A model generated the notes under the pieces. The model was not told where the DNA came from. It saw only the letters and a list, made by a program, of their open reading frames with translations, and ran no database searches. The translations under genes were made by a program, and so were the position numbers. From a virus (taxonomy: Duplodnaviria; Caudoviricetes), in the IMG/VR virus record IMGVR_UViG_3300042516_003753, positions 1 through 62,222 of that record: 62,222 nucleotides of DNA. The stretch is one strand, 5' to 3'. Shown piece after piece: positions 35,654 to 45,951 of the stretch; the stretch's first letter is position 1; each line of letters begins with the position of its first letter.

Positions 35654-36399
35654 TAGTACTTACCTTCTGTACAATACTCTACTTTCTTGTTTGGATAATA
35701 AGGATACTTACCTTCTTGTGGTTTCATCCATCCACATCCAATCAACCAATCCATAGTCATTGGTGTAGGACGAATTTGATCCCATAATGGACCCTTTGCA
35801 CACATTTCAAGTTTTTCTGCCGTTTGATTTGATTGCTCTTCTGCCCAGTTAGCATCTGCTTCCCAAGGAATTGCACGACTTTGCATCATTGATTCATAAG
35901 TTAAACGAGTCTGCTTCATTACCCAAGCAGGTATCTCACTATCCTGATGAACCTGTGCCATAAAGGATGTTTGTAATCCACCACCCATACAATCTTGAAC
36001 TACATGCCACCCCTCATGTCTCATCGTTCCGAGAAATTCTCTAGGATCTTTGAGAAGTTGTTCGTTCACAAAGAAACGATTATAGTTTGGTTTATATAAT
36101 CCTACTGTTCTTGGAGTAAAATATCTTTCTGGTGCAACATACACAGGTACATTTACACTATCAAGAGCAGTAATAATTCTTTTTAATTCTTCTCTGAATG
36201 GATCAAAGTCTGGATCCTTTAGTAGTTCAGAATCTACCGTGAGTTTTTCAACTCCTTCAGTGCATTCTAGGAGAATCATACAACCCATTGCCTCTGCACT
36301 ATAAGGTCTTACTGTTGGTTGTTTGGGTTCTAATGATGATGCTATAGCAGGAAATGCTAAAGATAAAATTAGACCAAATGAGGTGAGTAACTTTTTCAT
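35653..36399 (-). CDS. Exported zincin-like metalloprotease
   Basis: Signal peptide, HEGWH (HExxH) and WEADA. Confidence 0.7.
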   Translation of the reverse strand: MKKLLTSFGLILSLAFPAIASSLEPKQPTVRPYSAEAMGCMILLECTEGVEKLTVDSELLKDPDFDPFREELKRIITALDSVNVPVYVAPERYFTPRTVGLYKPNYNRFFVNEQLLKDPREFLGTMRHEGWHVVQDCMGGGLQTSFMAQVHQDSEIPAWVMKQTRLTYESMMQSRAIPWEADANWAEEQSNQTAEKLEMCAKGPLWDQIRPTPMTMDWLIGCGWMKPQEGKYPYYPNKKVEYCTEGKY

Positions 36400-36596
36400 T
36401 CGTTCCACCAACCTTCTTCTTTGTGAATCCAGACTTTCAAATCCCGTACATACTTTCTCAAAATCTGGGCCTGTTCTTCATGCCAAATATCACCCGTCTC
36501 CATGTGAAGACGGGTGTGATTATCTATGGCTTTGAGTATGTTGTGGATGGGAGCGTTCCAACACTCCCTTTTTGGAGTGTTCCATTCTCTTGGCAT
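36396..36596 (-). CDS. Hypothetical protein
   Basis: WNAPIHNILKAIDNH. Confidence 0.7.
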   Translation of the reverse strand: MPREWNTPKRECWNAPIHNILKAIDNHTRLHMETGDIWHEEQAQILRKYVRDLKVWIHKEEGWWNE

Positions 36597-36696
36597 TTGT
36601 ACTCAACTGTATAAAGTTGTCCTTTATGTATAAAATCAACTGCACATAAATTAGGTCCAATTATTAAGTTACCTGCAATAAGAATTTCAAGTAACA

Positions 36697-36804
36697 TTAT
36701 TTTTTCTTACCTCCATTTTTAGCTTTCTTTGCAGTTGCGTTACCAGAATTCTGCTTTTTATTATTCGCAGATCCTTTTTTGCTTTTATTTGGTGATTTAG
36801 ACAT
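36697..36804 (-). CDS. Small highly basic peptide (35 aa)
   Basis: MSKSPNKSKKGSANNKKQNSGNATAKKAKNGGKKK. Confidence 0.5.
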   Translation of the reverse strand: MSKSPNKSKKGSANNKKQNSGNATAKKAKNGGKKK

Positions 36805-37154
36805 TATGCTCCACCTGTGCGAGGTTGTACTTGGCCTTCTAAAACTTCAACTCTTTCTTCAAGAGTTGGTTCAGTAGTTGCAGAAACTACTGGTACTACT
36901 GGTTCTGGTGGTGCTCCCGCAACCACTTCTTCTCTACGTGGTTCTTCTTTTTTTTCATCATCATCCCCACCTTTCTTCATAGTATTAATACCAAAAGTAG
37001 CAGCAGATGCTGTGAAAACAGTTGCAATAAAAGTTGGGTCCATCTTAGATAGAGCCCCAGCATAACTAGCAGTGAGAAGAGCAGCAGACCAACCCAAAAT
37101 AGCGATACGAATTACAGTACTCATACACTTTTCTCTTTTGTTTGGCGTTTCCAT
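36804..37154 (-). CDS. Two-helix membrane protein (possible holin)
   Basis: Two TM segments; directly downstream of the lysozyme. Confidence 0.6.
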   Translation of the reverse strand: METPNKREKCMSTVIRIAILGWSAALLTASYAGALSKMDPTFIATVFTASAATFGINTMKKGGDDDEKKEEPRREEVVAGAPPEPVVPVVSATTEPTLEERVEVLEGQVQPRTGGA

Positions 37155-37172
37155 TTGTTCCTTAGTTTGAGG

Positions 37173-37844
37173 TTAACCTTTTTTCCAAGCTTCACCTTCT
37201 GCTTTTCTTCTACGTGCTAAACCTGCCTCTACATTTGAACCAGGATTGCGATAGAGATATAAAGCATCGGGAACCATGTCCCATTCTTTATTCTTCAGGC
37301 GTTTAGTAATAGTATTAAAGTTATCACCACCGTAAAAACCGGCACCAAGATTATAAGCAAAGCTGAGCAGAGCGCCTCTTTTTCCATCTGACATTTCACT
37401 CCAATGAGGGATTTTACGCAAGGCAGGAAGGAACTCTTTTTTGCATTGTTCGATAAGAAGTTCATCTGCTTCTTGTTGAGTTAAAGTATCACCCATTTGA
37501 AAAGGTGAACCATCTTTTTTACGTGTTGAACCCCAACCGATTGTGATTGGAAGTCCACCAGTTAGAGGATCGGGATATGCCTTTAAATGGCATCCTTCAA
37601 ACTCTTTGATTAATTTCAAACCCATCATTGGAACATCATCACCACCAACTACAGGCGCTGCAGCAGCAGGGGCAGATGCTGGTGCAGCGTTACCCTTTTT
37701 TCCTCTATAAATCTCCGCCCAATCAATATTATCTTCTAGATATTTGACTGGAAGATTATCTTCCAACCACTGAACTGCCTTAACGTGATTAGGATTTTTC
37801 TCGTCATAAAACTTAAAAAAGTTATGAAGATCAATTCTTGCCAT
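37173..37844 (-). CDS. Endolysin, GH24 lysozyme
   Basis: IKEFEGC..AYPD..TIGWG, SFAYNLG and GLARRRKAE motifs. Confidence 0.93.
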   Translation of the reverse strand: MARIDLHNFFKFYDEKNPNHVKAVQWLEDNLPVKYLEDNIDWAEIYRGKKGNAAPASAPAAAAPVVGGDDVPMMGLKLIKEFEGCHLKAYPDPLTGGLPITIGWGSTRKKDGSPFQMGDTLTQQEADELLIEQCKKEFLPALRKIPHWSEMSDGKRGALLSFAYNLGAGFYGGDNFNTITKRLKNKEWDMVPDALYLYRNPGSNVEAGLARRRKAEGEAWKKG

Positions 37845-37942
37845 TGTTACCTCCGAAATACTTTGTATAAAGTTGTTGCGCTTCTATATGTTTTCCATGA
37901 TTTGTAAGATCTTTTATTCTTTGTAAGATCTTTCTTTTAAAA

Positions 37943-38617
37943 TTAATCGAAAATTCTTCCCCATCCATCGTTGCCTCCTGGACACCAACGGTGCTTAAGA
38001 ACTGCTTTAGTATAAATTGTTTTCTTGCCGTTGGTTACGGGACCAGTATAGTTATCATTTAGAGATCCGTATGGATCATTGACATAGTATCCCTTACCAT
38101 CTGGTGTTTTGCCAATTACAACACACATGTGCCCACCAGTAGGTGCAGAAAGAGAACCCCTATGAAGGATACCAATAACAACAGGTTTCCCAGCATCAAG
38201 ACTCTTATCAATATCAGCGAAAGAAAGATTGTAACTAAAGTGTGACTTAACTCCATAACCTGCCAGAACTTTCGTCTGTACCGCATGGTCAGTAGTGTCA
38301 CCAATCGCAAATACTTTTTTGACGTATTCATCATCGCCTTTGATGCTTCCTGGCTTGAGGAAAGCAAGGCACATAGCGCATGATGAACTGTTACAAGTTC
38401 TATGTGCATCTCTATAGTTATCTACTTGATTGAAGTATGGAACATTTAGAACTGCTGGTGTGGGTGGTTTTGTTCTAAAAATTCCAATCCAATCAGATTC
38501 GGAATCATCAAGAAACTGTGCAGGTAGGTTATCTTCTAACCATTGAACTGCTGCCACATGATTCGCATTACTATCATCATAAAATTTAAAAAAGTTATGA
38601 AGATCTAAGGTCATCAT
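37943..38617 (-). CDS. C39-like cysteine peptidase
   Basis: VPYFNQ, TCNSSSCAM, GGHM and VNDPYG motifs. Confidence 0.85.
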   Translation of the reverse strand: MMTLDLHNFFKFYDDSNANHVAAVQWLEDNLPAQFLDDSESDWIGIFRTKPPTPAVLNVPYFNQVDNYRDAHRTCNSSSCAMCLAFLKPGSIKGDDEYVKKVFAIGDTTDHAVQTKVLAGYGVKSHFSYNLSFADIDKSLDAGKPVVIGILHRGSLSAPTGGHMCVVIGKTPDGKGYYVNDPYGSLNDNYTGPVTNGKKTIYTKAVLKHRWCPGGNDGWGRIFD

Positions 38618-38792
38618 CCTCTCCTATGTACTCTAATGAATAGATATCATGATCAAGAATATTTGGATTCAACCATTCACTAAACTCGGATTGAATCGCG
38701 TGGGCATTTTCAATATCTTTTTTAGATAGAGTATGAATACGGTCAATTGCCCAATCATGGGTATTCCGAAGAGTTTGTTCCAAAGTTACCAT
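38595..38792 (-). CDS. Hypothetical protein
   Basis: ORF track; HDWAIDRIH. Confidence 0.65.
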   Translation of the reverse strand: MVTLEQTLRNTHDWAIDRIHTLSKKDIENAHAIQSEFSEWLNPNILDHDIYSLEYIGEDDDLRSS

Positions 38793-39204
38793 AATCTTTT
38801 CGCATGTAGCGTCCTAGAATGTTGCTATTGTAGTACGCTGGGGTTCCATCGTCAAGAGACTCTTTCAACACATTATTTAGGAAAAGCTGTCTTGTTTCTT
38901 CGTAGTTACATTGTCCTTTGGTTTTATGGAGACTGATGATTGTTCTACTGAAGGAACTTTTACCCCAAAGGTTAACATCGACTTTGAGTTCAGGGCATGA
39001 TCCGTAGTACTTTTTCCAATCAGACTCTGACTTAACTTTTCTAGATTTTCCTGCTGGTGTGCGGTATGACCAGAAATACTTTCTACCAATATACTTGCGA
39101 TTAGTCGGAATGCAGTATATAAGATAAACAAACCCAAAATTATCTTGAATATCACTTGAATCAAATACTTGTCCATTATAGATCCAAGGGTTCTCATAGC
39201 TCAT
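38755..39204 (-). CDS. GIY-YIG endonuclease
   Basis: FGFVY...KYIGRK, YYGS and YYN motifs. Confidence 0.85.
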   Translation of the reverse strand: MSYENPWIYNGQVFDSSDIQDNFGFVYLIYCIPTNRKYIGRKYFWSYRTPAGKSRKVKSESDWKKYYGSCPELKVDVNLWGKSSFSRTIISLHKTKGQCNYEETRQLFLNNVLKESLDDGTPAYYNSNILGRYMRKDYGNFGTNSSEYP

Positions 39205-39252
39205 ATAGTCATCTTTAAGAGCTATTATTTATCCTTCAACCCTAACAAAGGT

Positions 39253-39287
39253 ATTCTAGCAATAAAAAAGAGGGTTGTCAACCCTCT
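39253..39287 (-). terminator. Terminator with embedded promoter
   Basis: AGAGGGTT/AACCCTCT stem; TTGACA-17-TAGAAT. Confidence 0.65.
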
Positions 39288-39378
39288 AAAGAATTATGTA
39301 AAGTTTATATCAGCCTTTGTACTTTGATTTTGCTCTTGCCTTTGCTGCTTCTCCCTCTGGATCTTTAATATCAAAGGA

Positions 39379-40299
39379 TTATTTTTGATCTTTTTTATTC
39401 CCAGAGTGAGTTTGAGATAACCTTTCATGATTTGCGCGATATTCTGGATCATTCGCCATTCTTTCCTGATGCTTTCTCACACGATCCATAAAAGCGGATT
39501 GTTCTTGGTCTTTTCTATACTGAGTAGCCCTTCTACCCATGGAACGAGTAACTCTTGCTTCATCAAGAACTTCTTCAAGAATTTCTTCTCTCCACTCTTC
39601 GCTCATGTTTGCCATGATAACGAGAGCATTCTCATTAGTATCTGCATAACCTTCAGCAACTAAATGCTCAAGGATGTAATCAAATACCTCTACGCTTTCA
39701 CCAAGTCTTTCAGCATATTTACCAGCAGCAGAACCTGCTTTACGTGCCTTCTGGGCAACGAAACCAGCAGCGCCTTGTGCCTTGCGTAAACCCCTTCCAA
39801 GCAGGCTCTTAACGCCTTTCTTAACTTCTGCCTTCTTCTCCTTTGCAGCACCGTAGGCTGCCTTTGCTGCCCCTGTAACGGCGCTTCCAGCGGCACTAGC
39901 AGCTTTACCTACTTCGTGCTTTACCTTACGTCCTGCTCTCCTTGCCTCATCTTTAGCGATTGAGGCAGGAATACCAACAGCAGCCTTCGCGGTTTGTAGA
40001 CCACGCTTAATCGCTGCCTTACGTGCCTCTCCACGCTTTGTAGCAGTAGTAGATTTCTGATATGCTCTTGCTGCCGTTGATCCTGCAGGAGCATATGGAT
40101 TGAGTTCCATTAGATATTCAGTTGCTGCATCTTCTACAAGGTCAGCAGCTTCGTCTAGATCGTATCCGAATTCTAAACACTCTTCGACAAGTTCTTCTAC
40201 AACTTCTTCAATCATCACATCTGTGATGTCGTCAACTTCACCAAGATAAAGTTGTTTGTAAGTTTCAGTAAGTTCTCTATGTTGCGATGGTAATAACAT
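39379..40299 (-). CDS. Late acidic and Ala/Lys-rich protein, putative internal virion protein
   Basis: Late promoter upstream; LVAEGYADT..A..IMANMSEEW block. Confidence 0.7.
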   Translation of the reverse strand: MLLPSQHRELTETYKQLYLGEVDDITDVMIEEVVEELVEECLEFGYDLDEAADLVEDAATEYLMELNPYAPAGSTAARAYQKSTTATKRGEARKAAIKRGLQTAKAAVGIPASIAKDEARRAGRKVKHEVGKAASAAGSAVTGAAKAAYGAAKEKKAEVKKGVKSLLGRGLRKAQGAAGFVAQKARKAGSAAGKYAERLGESVEVFDYILEHLVAEGYADTNENALVIMANMSEEWREEILEEVLDEARVTRSMGRRATQYRKDQEQSAFMDRVRKHQERMANDPEYRANHERLSQTHSGNKKDQK

Positions 40300-40323
40300 T
40301 TGTTTTACAAATACTTTTAGAAA

Positions 40324-40356
40324 TATTTATAAAAAAAGAGGACCCAAAGGTCCTCT
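40324..40356 (-). terminator. Terminator after nrdB followed by a late promoter
   Basis: AAGAGGACC/GGTCCTCTT stem, then TATAAATA. Confidence 0.7.
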
Positions 40357-40517
40357 TACTTCACATCATCGGTTGTCTTACCTAACCATTCTTTTTCGTA
40401 ATCATAATCACCAAACAGAAACTCATCTGCTTCTGCTGCTTCTCTATATGCTTTTACGATTTCTTGTTCCACCCATTCATCATAGTTGGAATCCTGAGAA
40501 AGTATCTTTGGTAACAT
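40356..40517 (-). CDS. Small acidic protein overlapping the nrdB 3' end
   Basis: MLPKILSQDSNYDEWVEQEIVKAY... Confidence 0.5.
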   Translation of the reverse strand: MLPKILSQDSNYDEWVEQEIVKAYREAAEADEFLFGDYDYEKEWLGKTTDDVK

Positions 40518-41664
40518 CTTGTTTAATCCCACCTACTATGTAGGACTCAACTTCTGTTTCTTGGGGAGCAACTTGAAGTCCTTTAGAGGAAATCCAATGC
40601 TCTGTCCAAGGAAGAGGATTATTCTTTGCAGGAATATCATAAAGTGGTTTCAAACCAATCGCTTTCATTCTACGATTAGCAATCCATTCAACATACTGCT
40701 GCAACAGTTTGTCATTCAGACCAATCATAGAACCATCTTTGAACAGATACTCTGCCCAAAGTTTTTCCTGATTCACAGCATTCTCAAAGGTCTTATAAAC
40801 CCACTGCTCCTCTTCTTTAGCGATACGTGCCATTTCAGGATCATCACCTTCCTTCCACTTGTTCATAATATTTTGAGTGATGACCAAGTGCTGATTCTCA
40901 TCACGAGCAATCAGTGAGATGATCTTTGCACTTCCTTCCATAAGCTTGAGTTCGCCAAATGCAAAACTGCAAGCAAAACTGACGTAAAAGCGAATACCTT
41001 CAAGAATATTAACGTTTGCAACTGCTCTGAACAATTTGCGCTTGAGTTCATACCTTGCCTCTTGTGCGTAGGGTACTTGTTCTAATGCATGAACCCATTC
41101 GTGCGAAGTTCCGTATTGTTGAGCACTATTAATAAAATCATTATATGCCTGTGTAACGCTCACAGCACGTTCCATGATACGATCCTCCTTGAGAATTGTA
41201 TCGAATACTTCTGATGGGTCAGAATAAACATTCTTGATGATGTAAGTATATGAACGAGAATGGATCATCTCCATAAACTCCCACACTTTCATACACGCTT
41301 CCAGTTCAGGAAGTGAGCAGTAAGGCGCGAACGCCATACCAGGACCACGACCCTGAACGGAGTCCAGCATAACCTGATATTTCAGGTTGCTAGTGAAGAT
41401 GTGTTTTTGCTCTGGGCGTAGCATATGATAATCGCTACGATCTTTTTGAAGAGATACTTCTTCGGGTCTCCAGAAATAACCCAGTTGCTGTGTTGTTAGT
41501 TTATCGAAAATTGGATACTTGTAAGAATCGTATCTCTGTATTCCTAGTGGTTGTCCAAAAAACATGGGTTGCTTTTTGGTATCTACTTCTTGAGAATTAA
41601 AAACAGTCATTGATTCGACCATCTTTTTATCCTCTAAACCTGTTTTAAATCTTACAAGACTCAC
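40480..41664 (-). CDS. nrdB: Ribonucleotide reductase class Ia beta subunit
   Basis: FWRPEEV, EMIHSRSY, LEGIRFYVSF and DENQH motifs. Confidence 0.97.
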   Translation of the reverse strand: MSLVRFKTGLEDKKMVESMTVFNSQEVDTKKQPMFFGQPLGIQRYDSYKYPIFDKLTTQQLGYFWRPEEVSLQKDRSDYHMLRPEQKHIFTSNLKYQVMLDSVQGRGPGMAFAPYCSLPELEACMKVWEFMEMIHSRSYTYIIKNVYSDPSEVFDTILKEDRIMERAVSVTQAYNDFINSAQQYGTSHEWVHALEQVPYAQEARYELKRKLFRAVANVNILEGIRFYVSFACSFAFGELKLMEGSAKIISLIARDENQHLVITQNIMNKWKEGDDPEMARIAKEEEQWVYKTFENAVNQEKLWAEYLFKDGSMIGLNDKLLQQYVEWIANRRMKAIGLKPLYDIPAKNNPLPWTEHWISSKGLQVAPQETEVESYIVGGIKQDVTKDTFSGFQL

Positions 41665-43942
41665 AATCTTCCTCCTCTGATTCTAGAATTTCGGACATTA
41701 AATTTTCTAATGTTTGACGGGTTTCTTCAACCTCATCATTTTTCATGTCATTTGTATTTTGATAATAACTGGTTTTCCAACCGTACTTATATGTAGTCAA
41801 AAGGTCTTGTGCCATTACTGAAGTAGGAACTTCATTATCGGCATAATTTTCTGGATTATATGACCAGTTTCCAGAAATCGCTTGATCGAAGAATTTCTGC
41901 ATAACTGCAACAATATGAATATACCCACGATTGCTAGGCATATCCCACAGAAGCGTATAATTGTTCTTAAGTGTTTGATATTGTGGAACAATTTGCTTAA
42001 GTGGACCTTTTTTCGACTTTTTAATGGACAAGTATCCGCGAGGTGGTTCAATTCCATTTGTTGCGTTTGACACAACGGAACTGCTCTCCGATGGCATCTG
42101 TGCGGACAATGTTGAGTTCCGTACACCATACCGCTTAACCTGCTCCCTAAGGCTATCCCAATCATACTTTAATTCGTTCGGAACGATTTCATCAACATCC
42201 TTCTTGTATGTATCAATCGGCAAAATACCTTGCCCATACTTTGTACGATGTGAATATTCGCAAGCACCTTTTTCTTTTGCAAGATTAACCGTTGCTTTAA
42301 TAAGATAATATTGGAATGCTTCGGTCAAATCATGAACAAGTTTCCATGCACGGGGGTCTTCATAATGTTCCCCATGTTTGGCAAGATAATGAGCAAGACC
42401 AATAAATCCTACTCCAAGTGAACGGCGTGCTCTGGTGGCGATTTCTGCTGCTTTAACGGGGTATCCCTGGAAATCAATGAGTTCATCAAGACTCCTAACA
42501 GCAAGATCACAAAGAACTTCAAGATCTTCGTTATCCCTAATTTTTCCAACGTTAATAGCACTAAGAATGCAGAGAGCAATTTCTCCATCAGTATCATCAA
42601 TATGTTGAAGTGGTTTAGTTGGAAGAGTAATTTCCTGACATAGGTTACTCATCTCTACTTTATCAATGAAGGATGAGTGAGAATTGCAGTGGTCAATATT
42701 CATAATGTAAATACGACCTGTTTCTGCACGTTCTTTTAGAAGATCCAAAAAGAGTTCTTGAGCTCCGATAGTTTTTCTTGGAATAGATGCATCTCGTTCA
42801 TAAGATACATATAACTCGTCAAATCCATCAGTGCCAAAAGCATCATAAAGACCAGGAACGTCGTGCGGAGAGAAGAGAGAGATTTCTCCGTTCTGAATGA
42901 ATCGTTCATAGAAGATTTTAGAAATTTGGATACTATAGTCTAACTTACGAACACGATTATCTTCAGTTCCTTTGTTATTTTTTAATACTAGGATATCTTC
43001 GATTTCTTGGTGCCAGATTGGGAAGTGGACAGTTGCTGATCCACCACGGATGCCATTTTGAGTGCAGCATCGGACAGTTGCTTCAAACTTTTTGAGGAAT
43101 GGAACAACACCCGTGTGCTGAACTTCTCCGCCTCTGATCTTACTGTTGATGCCACGGATGCGACCTGCGTTGATGCCGATACCCGCCCTTTGTGCAACGT
43201 ATCTGCCAATAGCCATATCACTAGTAAAGATGCTATCGAGGGTGTCATCAACATCAACAAGGACACAACTAGCATATTGTCGAAGTGGCGTCCGCACTCC
43301 TGCCATGATTGGTGTTGGGATGTTGATTCTGTGCCTGGAGATTGCATCGTAATACTTCCTAACGTAATCTAAACGTGTTTCTTTTGGATACTTGGAAAAA
43401 ATAGTTGCCGCAATCAAAAGGTACATAAACTGTGGCGTTTCGTAAAGTGCTCCAGTGCTTCTATCTTGCACTAGATACTTATCAACGACTTGACGTAAAC
43501 CTGCGTAAGTGAACAAATAGTCACGACTATGATCAATGAACGACTGAAGTTTTTCAAACTCTTCATCACTATAAAGGTCCGCAATTTCTGCATCATAAAC
43601 TCCTTTTTTTATGCATTGATCAACATGCTGCTTTACAGTAGGGCACTCATGCATTCTCCCGAATAATTGCTTACGGAGGGCAAACAGCAGCAGACGGGCA
43701 GCAACAAACTGATAGTTAGGATGGTCTAAATCAATTAAATCTGAAGCAGAACGAATCAGAATTTCCTGAATCTCTGCGGTTGTAATACCATCATAAAATT
43801 GAATGCCAGATTGCATTTCAACTTGAGATGCGGATACCCCAGCAAGATCCTTACATGCTTCTTCCACCATGATGTGGAGTTTGTTCAGATCAAGGGGTTC
43901 AGTTTTGCCATTTCTTTTAACGACTTTTGTTCCGTTGCTCAT
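41645..43942 (-). CDS. nrdA: Ribonucleotide reductase class Ia alpha subunit
   Basis: ATP cone, ASCVL, SNLCQEI and C-terminal CESC. Confidence 0.98.
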   Translation of the reverse strand: MSNGTKVVKRNGKTEPLDLNKLHIMVEEACKDLAGVSASQVEMQSGIQFYDGITTAEIQEILIRSASDLIDLDHPNYQFVAARLLLFALRKQLFGRMHECPTVKQHVDQCIKKGVYDAEIADLYSDEEFEKLQSFIDHSRDYLFTYAGLRQVVDKYLVQDRSTGALYETPQFMYLLIAATIFSKYPKETRLDYVRKYYDAISRHRINIPTPIMAGVRTPLRQYASCVLVDVDDTLDSIFTSDMAIGRYVAQRAGIGINAGRIRGINSKIRGGEVQHTGVVPFLKKFEATVRCCTQNGIRGGSATVHFPIWHQEIEDILVLKNNKGTEDNRVRKLDYSIQISKIFYERFIQNGEISLFSPHDVPGLYDAFGTDGFDELYVSYERDASIPRKTIGAQELFLDLLKERAETGRIYIMNIDHCNSHSSFIDKVEMSNLCQEITLPTKPLQHIDDTDGEIALCILSAINVGKIRDNEDLEVLCDLAVRSLDELIDFQGYPVKAAEIATRARRSLGVGFIGLAHYLAKHGEHYEDPRAWKLVHDLTEAFQYYLIKATVNLAKEKGACEYSHRTKYGQGILPIDTYKKDVDEIVPNELKYDWDSLREQVKRYGVRNSTLSAQMPSESSSVVSNATNGIEPPRGYLSIKKSKKGPLKQIVPQYQTLKNNYTLLWDMPSNRGYIHIVAVMQKFFDQAISGNWSYNPENYADNEVPTSVMAQDLLTTYKYGWKTSYYQNTNDMKNDEVEETRQTLENLMSEILESEEEDCESCKI

Positions 43943-44910
43943 ATTTTCTTCCAGTTGTTAAACTTAATTTTTGCTTCTAAACCTGTGTATGTACTTGATT
44001 TTAACACATCCATAACATTAAGTCCAGCGAGCACCATGTCATTAATATCTTTCTGCTCGATGGTTGATGGCCAAATCACTACTTGTTCGCCTCTGTTAAT
44101 TGTTTTTGATATTCGGTTGACGATTTCTCTATTGCGAGGTTCGTTATCAAAAACGTAAATATAATCGCTCCAACCAAACGACCTAATATCAACGTCGGAC
44201 CCACACATAGCAACAGAATTTTGTACAAACGTGGAATCGAAGGGTCCTTCAACAATGTAAATGGATTGCGAAGAATTGACTTGGTCAAGACCGTAAATTT
44301 TTGGAGCATCATCCGAAAGCATCACAGTAATATATTTAACAGAGTTCGGAACTAGCGATCTTCCTTGAAATCCAATTAGATTATTTTCAAAATCAAATAA
44401 TGGTATAATAATGCGACTTTCATCATTCTTAATTGATTCAAAAGTAGGTTTTTGATTGTTTGTCCACTCTTTAAATTTGTTAGCAAAATAAAACTTTTCT
44501 GGATTCAGTTTTCTTTTTTCCAGATATTCCCTAGCAAGAGGAACTTCAGATGCTTTGGGAAGATCTAGTTTTTTTTTAAAAACTGGTTTAGCAAATTCAA
44601 ACTTTGGTTCTTCTGCAACAAAGTTTTTACCTGTATGCCCTTCTTTGAACTTCTCTAAAGTATATTGTTTATGAAGATTTAAATCTATTTCCTTGAGAAA
44701 GTTATTGAATGATAAACTAGCACCACAGTTATGGCACTTAAAATTAGTGTTATTTTTTACCGTGTAAATATAACCCCTTGTTTTGTTTTTGTTTTTTTGA
44801 GAATCACCACAAATAGGGCAGCGGAAGTTGTAGAGATCCGATTTAACCCTTTTAAATTTTTGCAGACGTGATGAAACTAAACCAATATACTTGAAATCAA
44901 CAAAATCCAT
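43939..44910 (-). CDS. DNA primase (gp61)
   Basis: CPICGDS zinc finger, VEGPFDS and KDINDM motifs. Confidence 0.95.
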   Translation of the reverse strand: MDFVDFKYIGLVSSRLQKFKRVKSDLYNFRCPICGDSQKNKNKTRGYIYTVKNNTNFKCHNCGASLSFNNFLKEIDLNLHKQYTLEKFKEGHTGKNFVAEEPKFEFAKPVFKKKLDLPKASEVPLAREYLEKRKLNPEKFYFANKFKEWTNNQKPTFESIKNDESRIIIPLFDFENNLIGFQGRSLVPNSVKYITVMLSDDAPKIYGLDQVNSSQSIYIVEGPFDSTFVQNSVAMCGSDVDIRSFGWSDYIYVFDNEPRNREIVNRISKTINRGEQVVIWPSTIEQKDINDMVLAGLNVMDVLKSSTYTGLEAKIKFNNWKKI

Positions 44911-44922
44911 TACAAGGCGGTG

Positions 44923-45339
44923 TTACTTGGTGCGCTCTATTATAACCTGTTGAGGGGATGCTGTCAAGAGCTTGGGGACAAAAGCATTAATGATTCCAAT
45001 ACCAACTACTGCAAATGCAAGAACCCCTCCTACTTGCCATCTAAATTTTTTAAGATCTTCTATTTTTTCTTCAATCTTACCAAATCTTTCTTCTATTTTT
45101 TTATGTTCTTTATCATTATTTTCTTTCATCTCATCTATCATTTTCACAATAAGATCATCATTTTTCATACTTTGCTCTATTCTTTCGTCGTGTTTTGCAA
45201 GAATTGTAGCAATACGCGAATTGCCTTCGGAAATTTTATCTACTGCTGTTTCTAATTTAGAAAGCATTTCGCGGGATAAGTCTTCGTAAATACCAAGTTT
45301 AGATTCAAGAACCGCTAATTTTGATTCTTGAGAAAACAT
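44923..45339 (-). CDS. Coiled-coil protein with C-terminal TM helix
   Basis: LAKHDERI; KFRWQVGG followed by a hydrophobic helix. Confidence 0.7.
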   Translation of the reverse strand: MFSQESKLAVLESKLGIYEDLSREMLSKLETAVDKISEGNSRIATILAKHDERIEQSMKNDDLIVKMIDEMKENNDKEHKKIEERFGKIEEKIEDLKKFRWQVGGVLAFAVVGIGIINAFVPKLLTASPQQVIIERTK

Positions 45340-45340
45340 A

Positions 45341-45574
45341 TTATTTCTCCTTTAAATATTTTAACCATGGGGCACGTGATCCACGTCCACCTGTAGCATA
45401 ATTATTTCTACGTTGGGTCTTTCCAAGTTTTGGTGTCCATCCAGCATGTGGTCCTTCTGATGGAGATTTTTCAGAATATCCAGCAATAGGACCAGAACTA
45501 CCAGTTGTCATCCCACCAACAACGGCATCTTCTTTTAATTTATGAACAATTTGTATAATTTTGTCTACATTCAT
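45341..45574 (-). CDS. Hypothetical protein
   Basis: YATGGRGSR. Confidence 0.6.
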   Translation of the reverse strand: MNVDKIIQIVHKLKEDAVVGGMTTGSSGPIAGYSEKSPSEGPHAGWTPKLGKTQRRNNYATGGRGSRAPWLKYLKEK

Positions 45575-45945
45575 TAGATTGAATTTAAAACAGTTGTACA
45601 ATATTCATCTTTTTTAATATTATCAATTTTAGTTTTTGGAAATTCTGGCAACCTATTCAAAAAAACTAAAAAGCTTTTTAATGCTGGCCAAAGATCCTGT
45701 TCCAAATTATAGAATAATAATGGAATAGCGGCATCATCAAAAACATTAAACAAAAGAATAAGATGATTTAAAATTAAATGAGTTTTTAAAATATTATCTT
45801 TTTTATATTTTTTCAGTAATTTTTTAATATATCTTATTCGCTTCAAATCATCCTCAAAGTCTTCTTTAGTTACAGACTGTGGGTTATTATAGAATTTTAT
45901 AGCGAAGAGCATATAATTGTCTTCATTCAATTCGTCAAATCTCAT
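45574..45945 (-). CDS. Conserved T4-like cyanophage protein
   Basis: FAIKFYNNP..EDF.DDLKR..HLILNH. Confidence 0.8.
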   Translation of the reverse strand: MRFDELNEDNYMLFAIKFYNNPQSVTKEDFEDDLKRIRYIKKLLKKYKKDNILKTHLILNHLILLFNVFDDAAIPLLFYNLEQDLWPALKSFLVFLNRLPEFPKTKIDNIKKDEYCTTVLNSI

Positions 45946-45951
45946 ATATTA

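Noticed and set aside
38755-39204. Mobile intron-encoded homing endonuclease
   Set aside because: Free-standing with its own promoter, no intron context and no extra DNA-binding domain; kept as a plain CDS.
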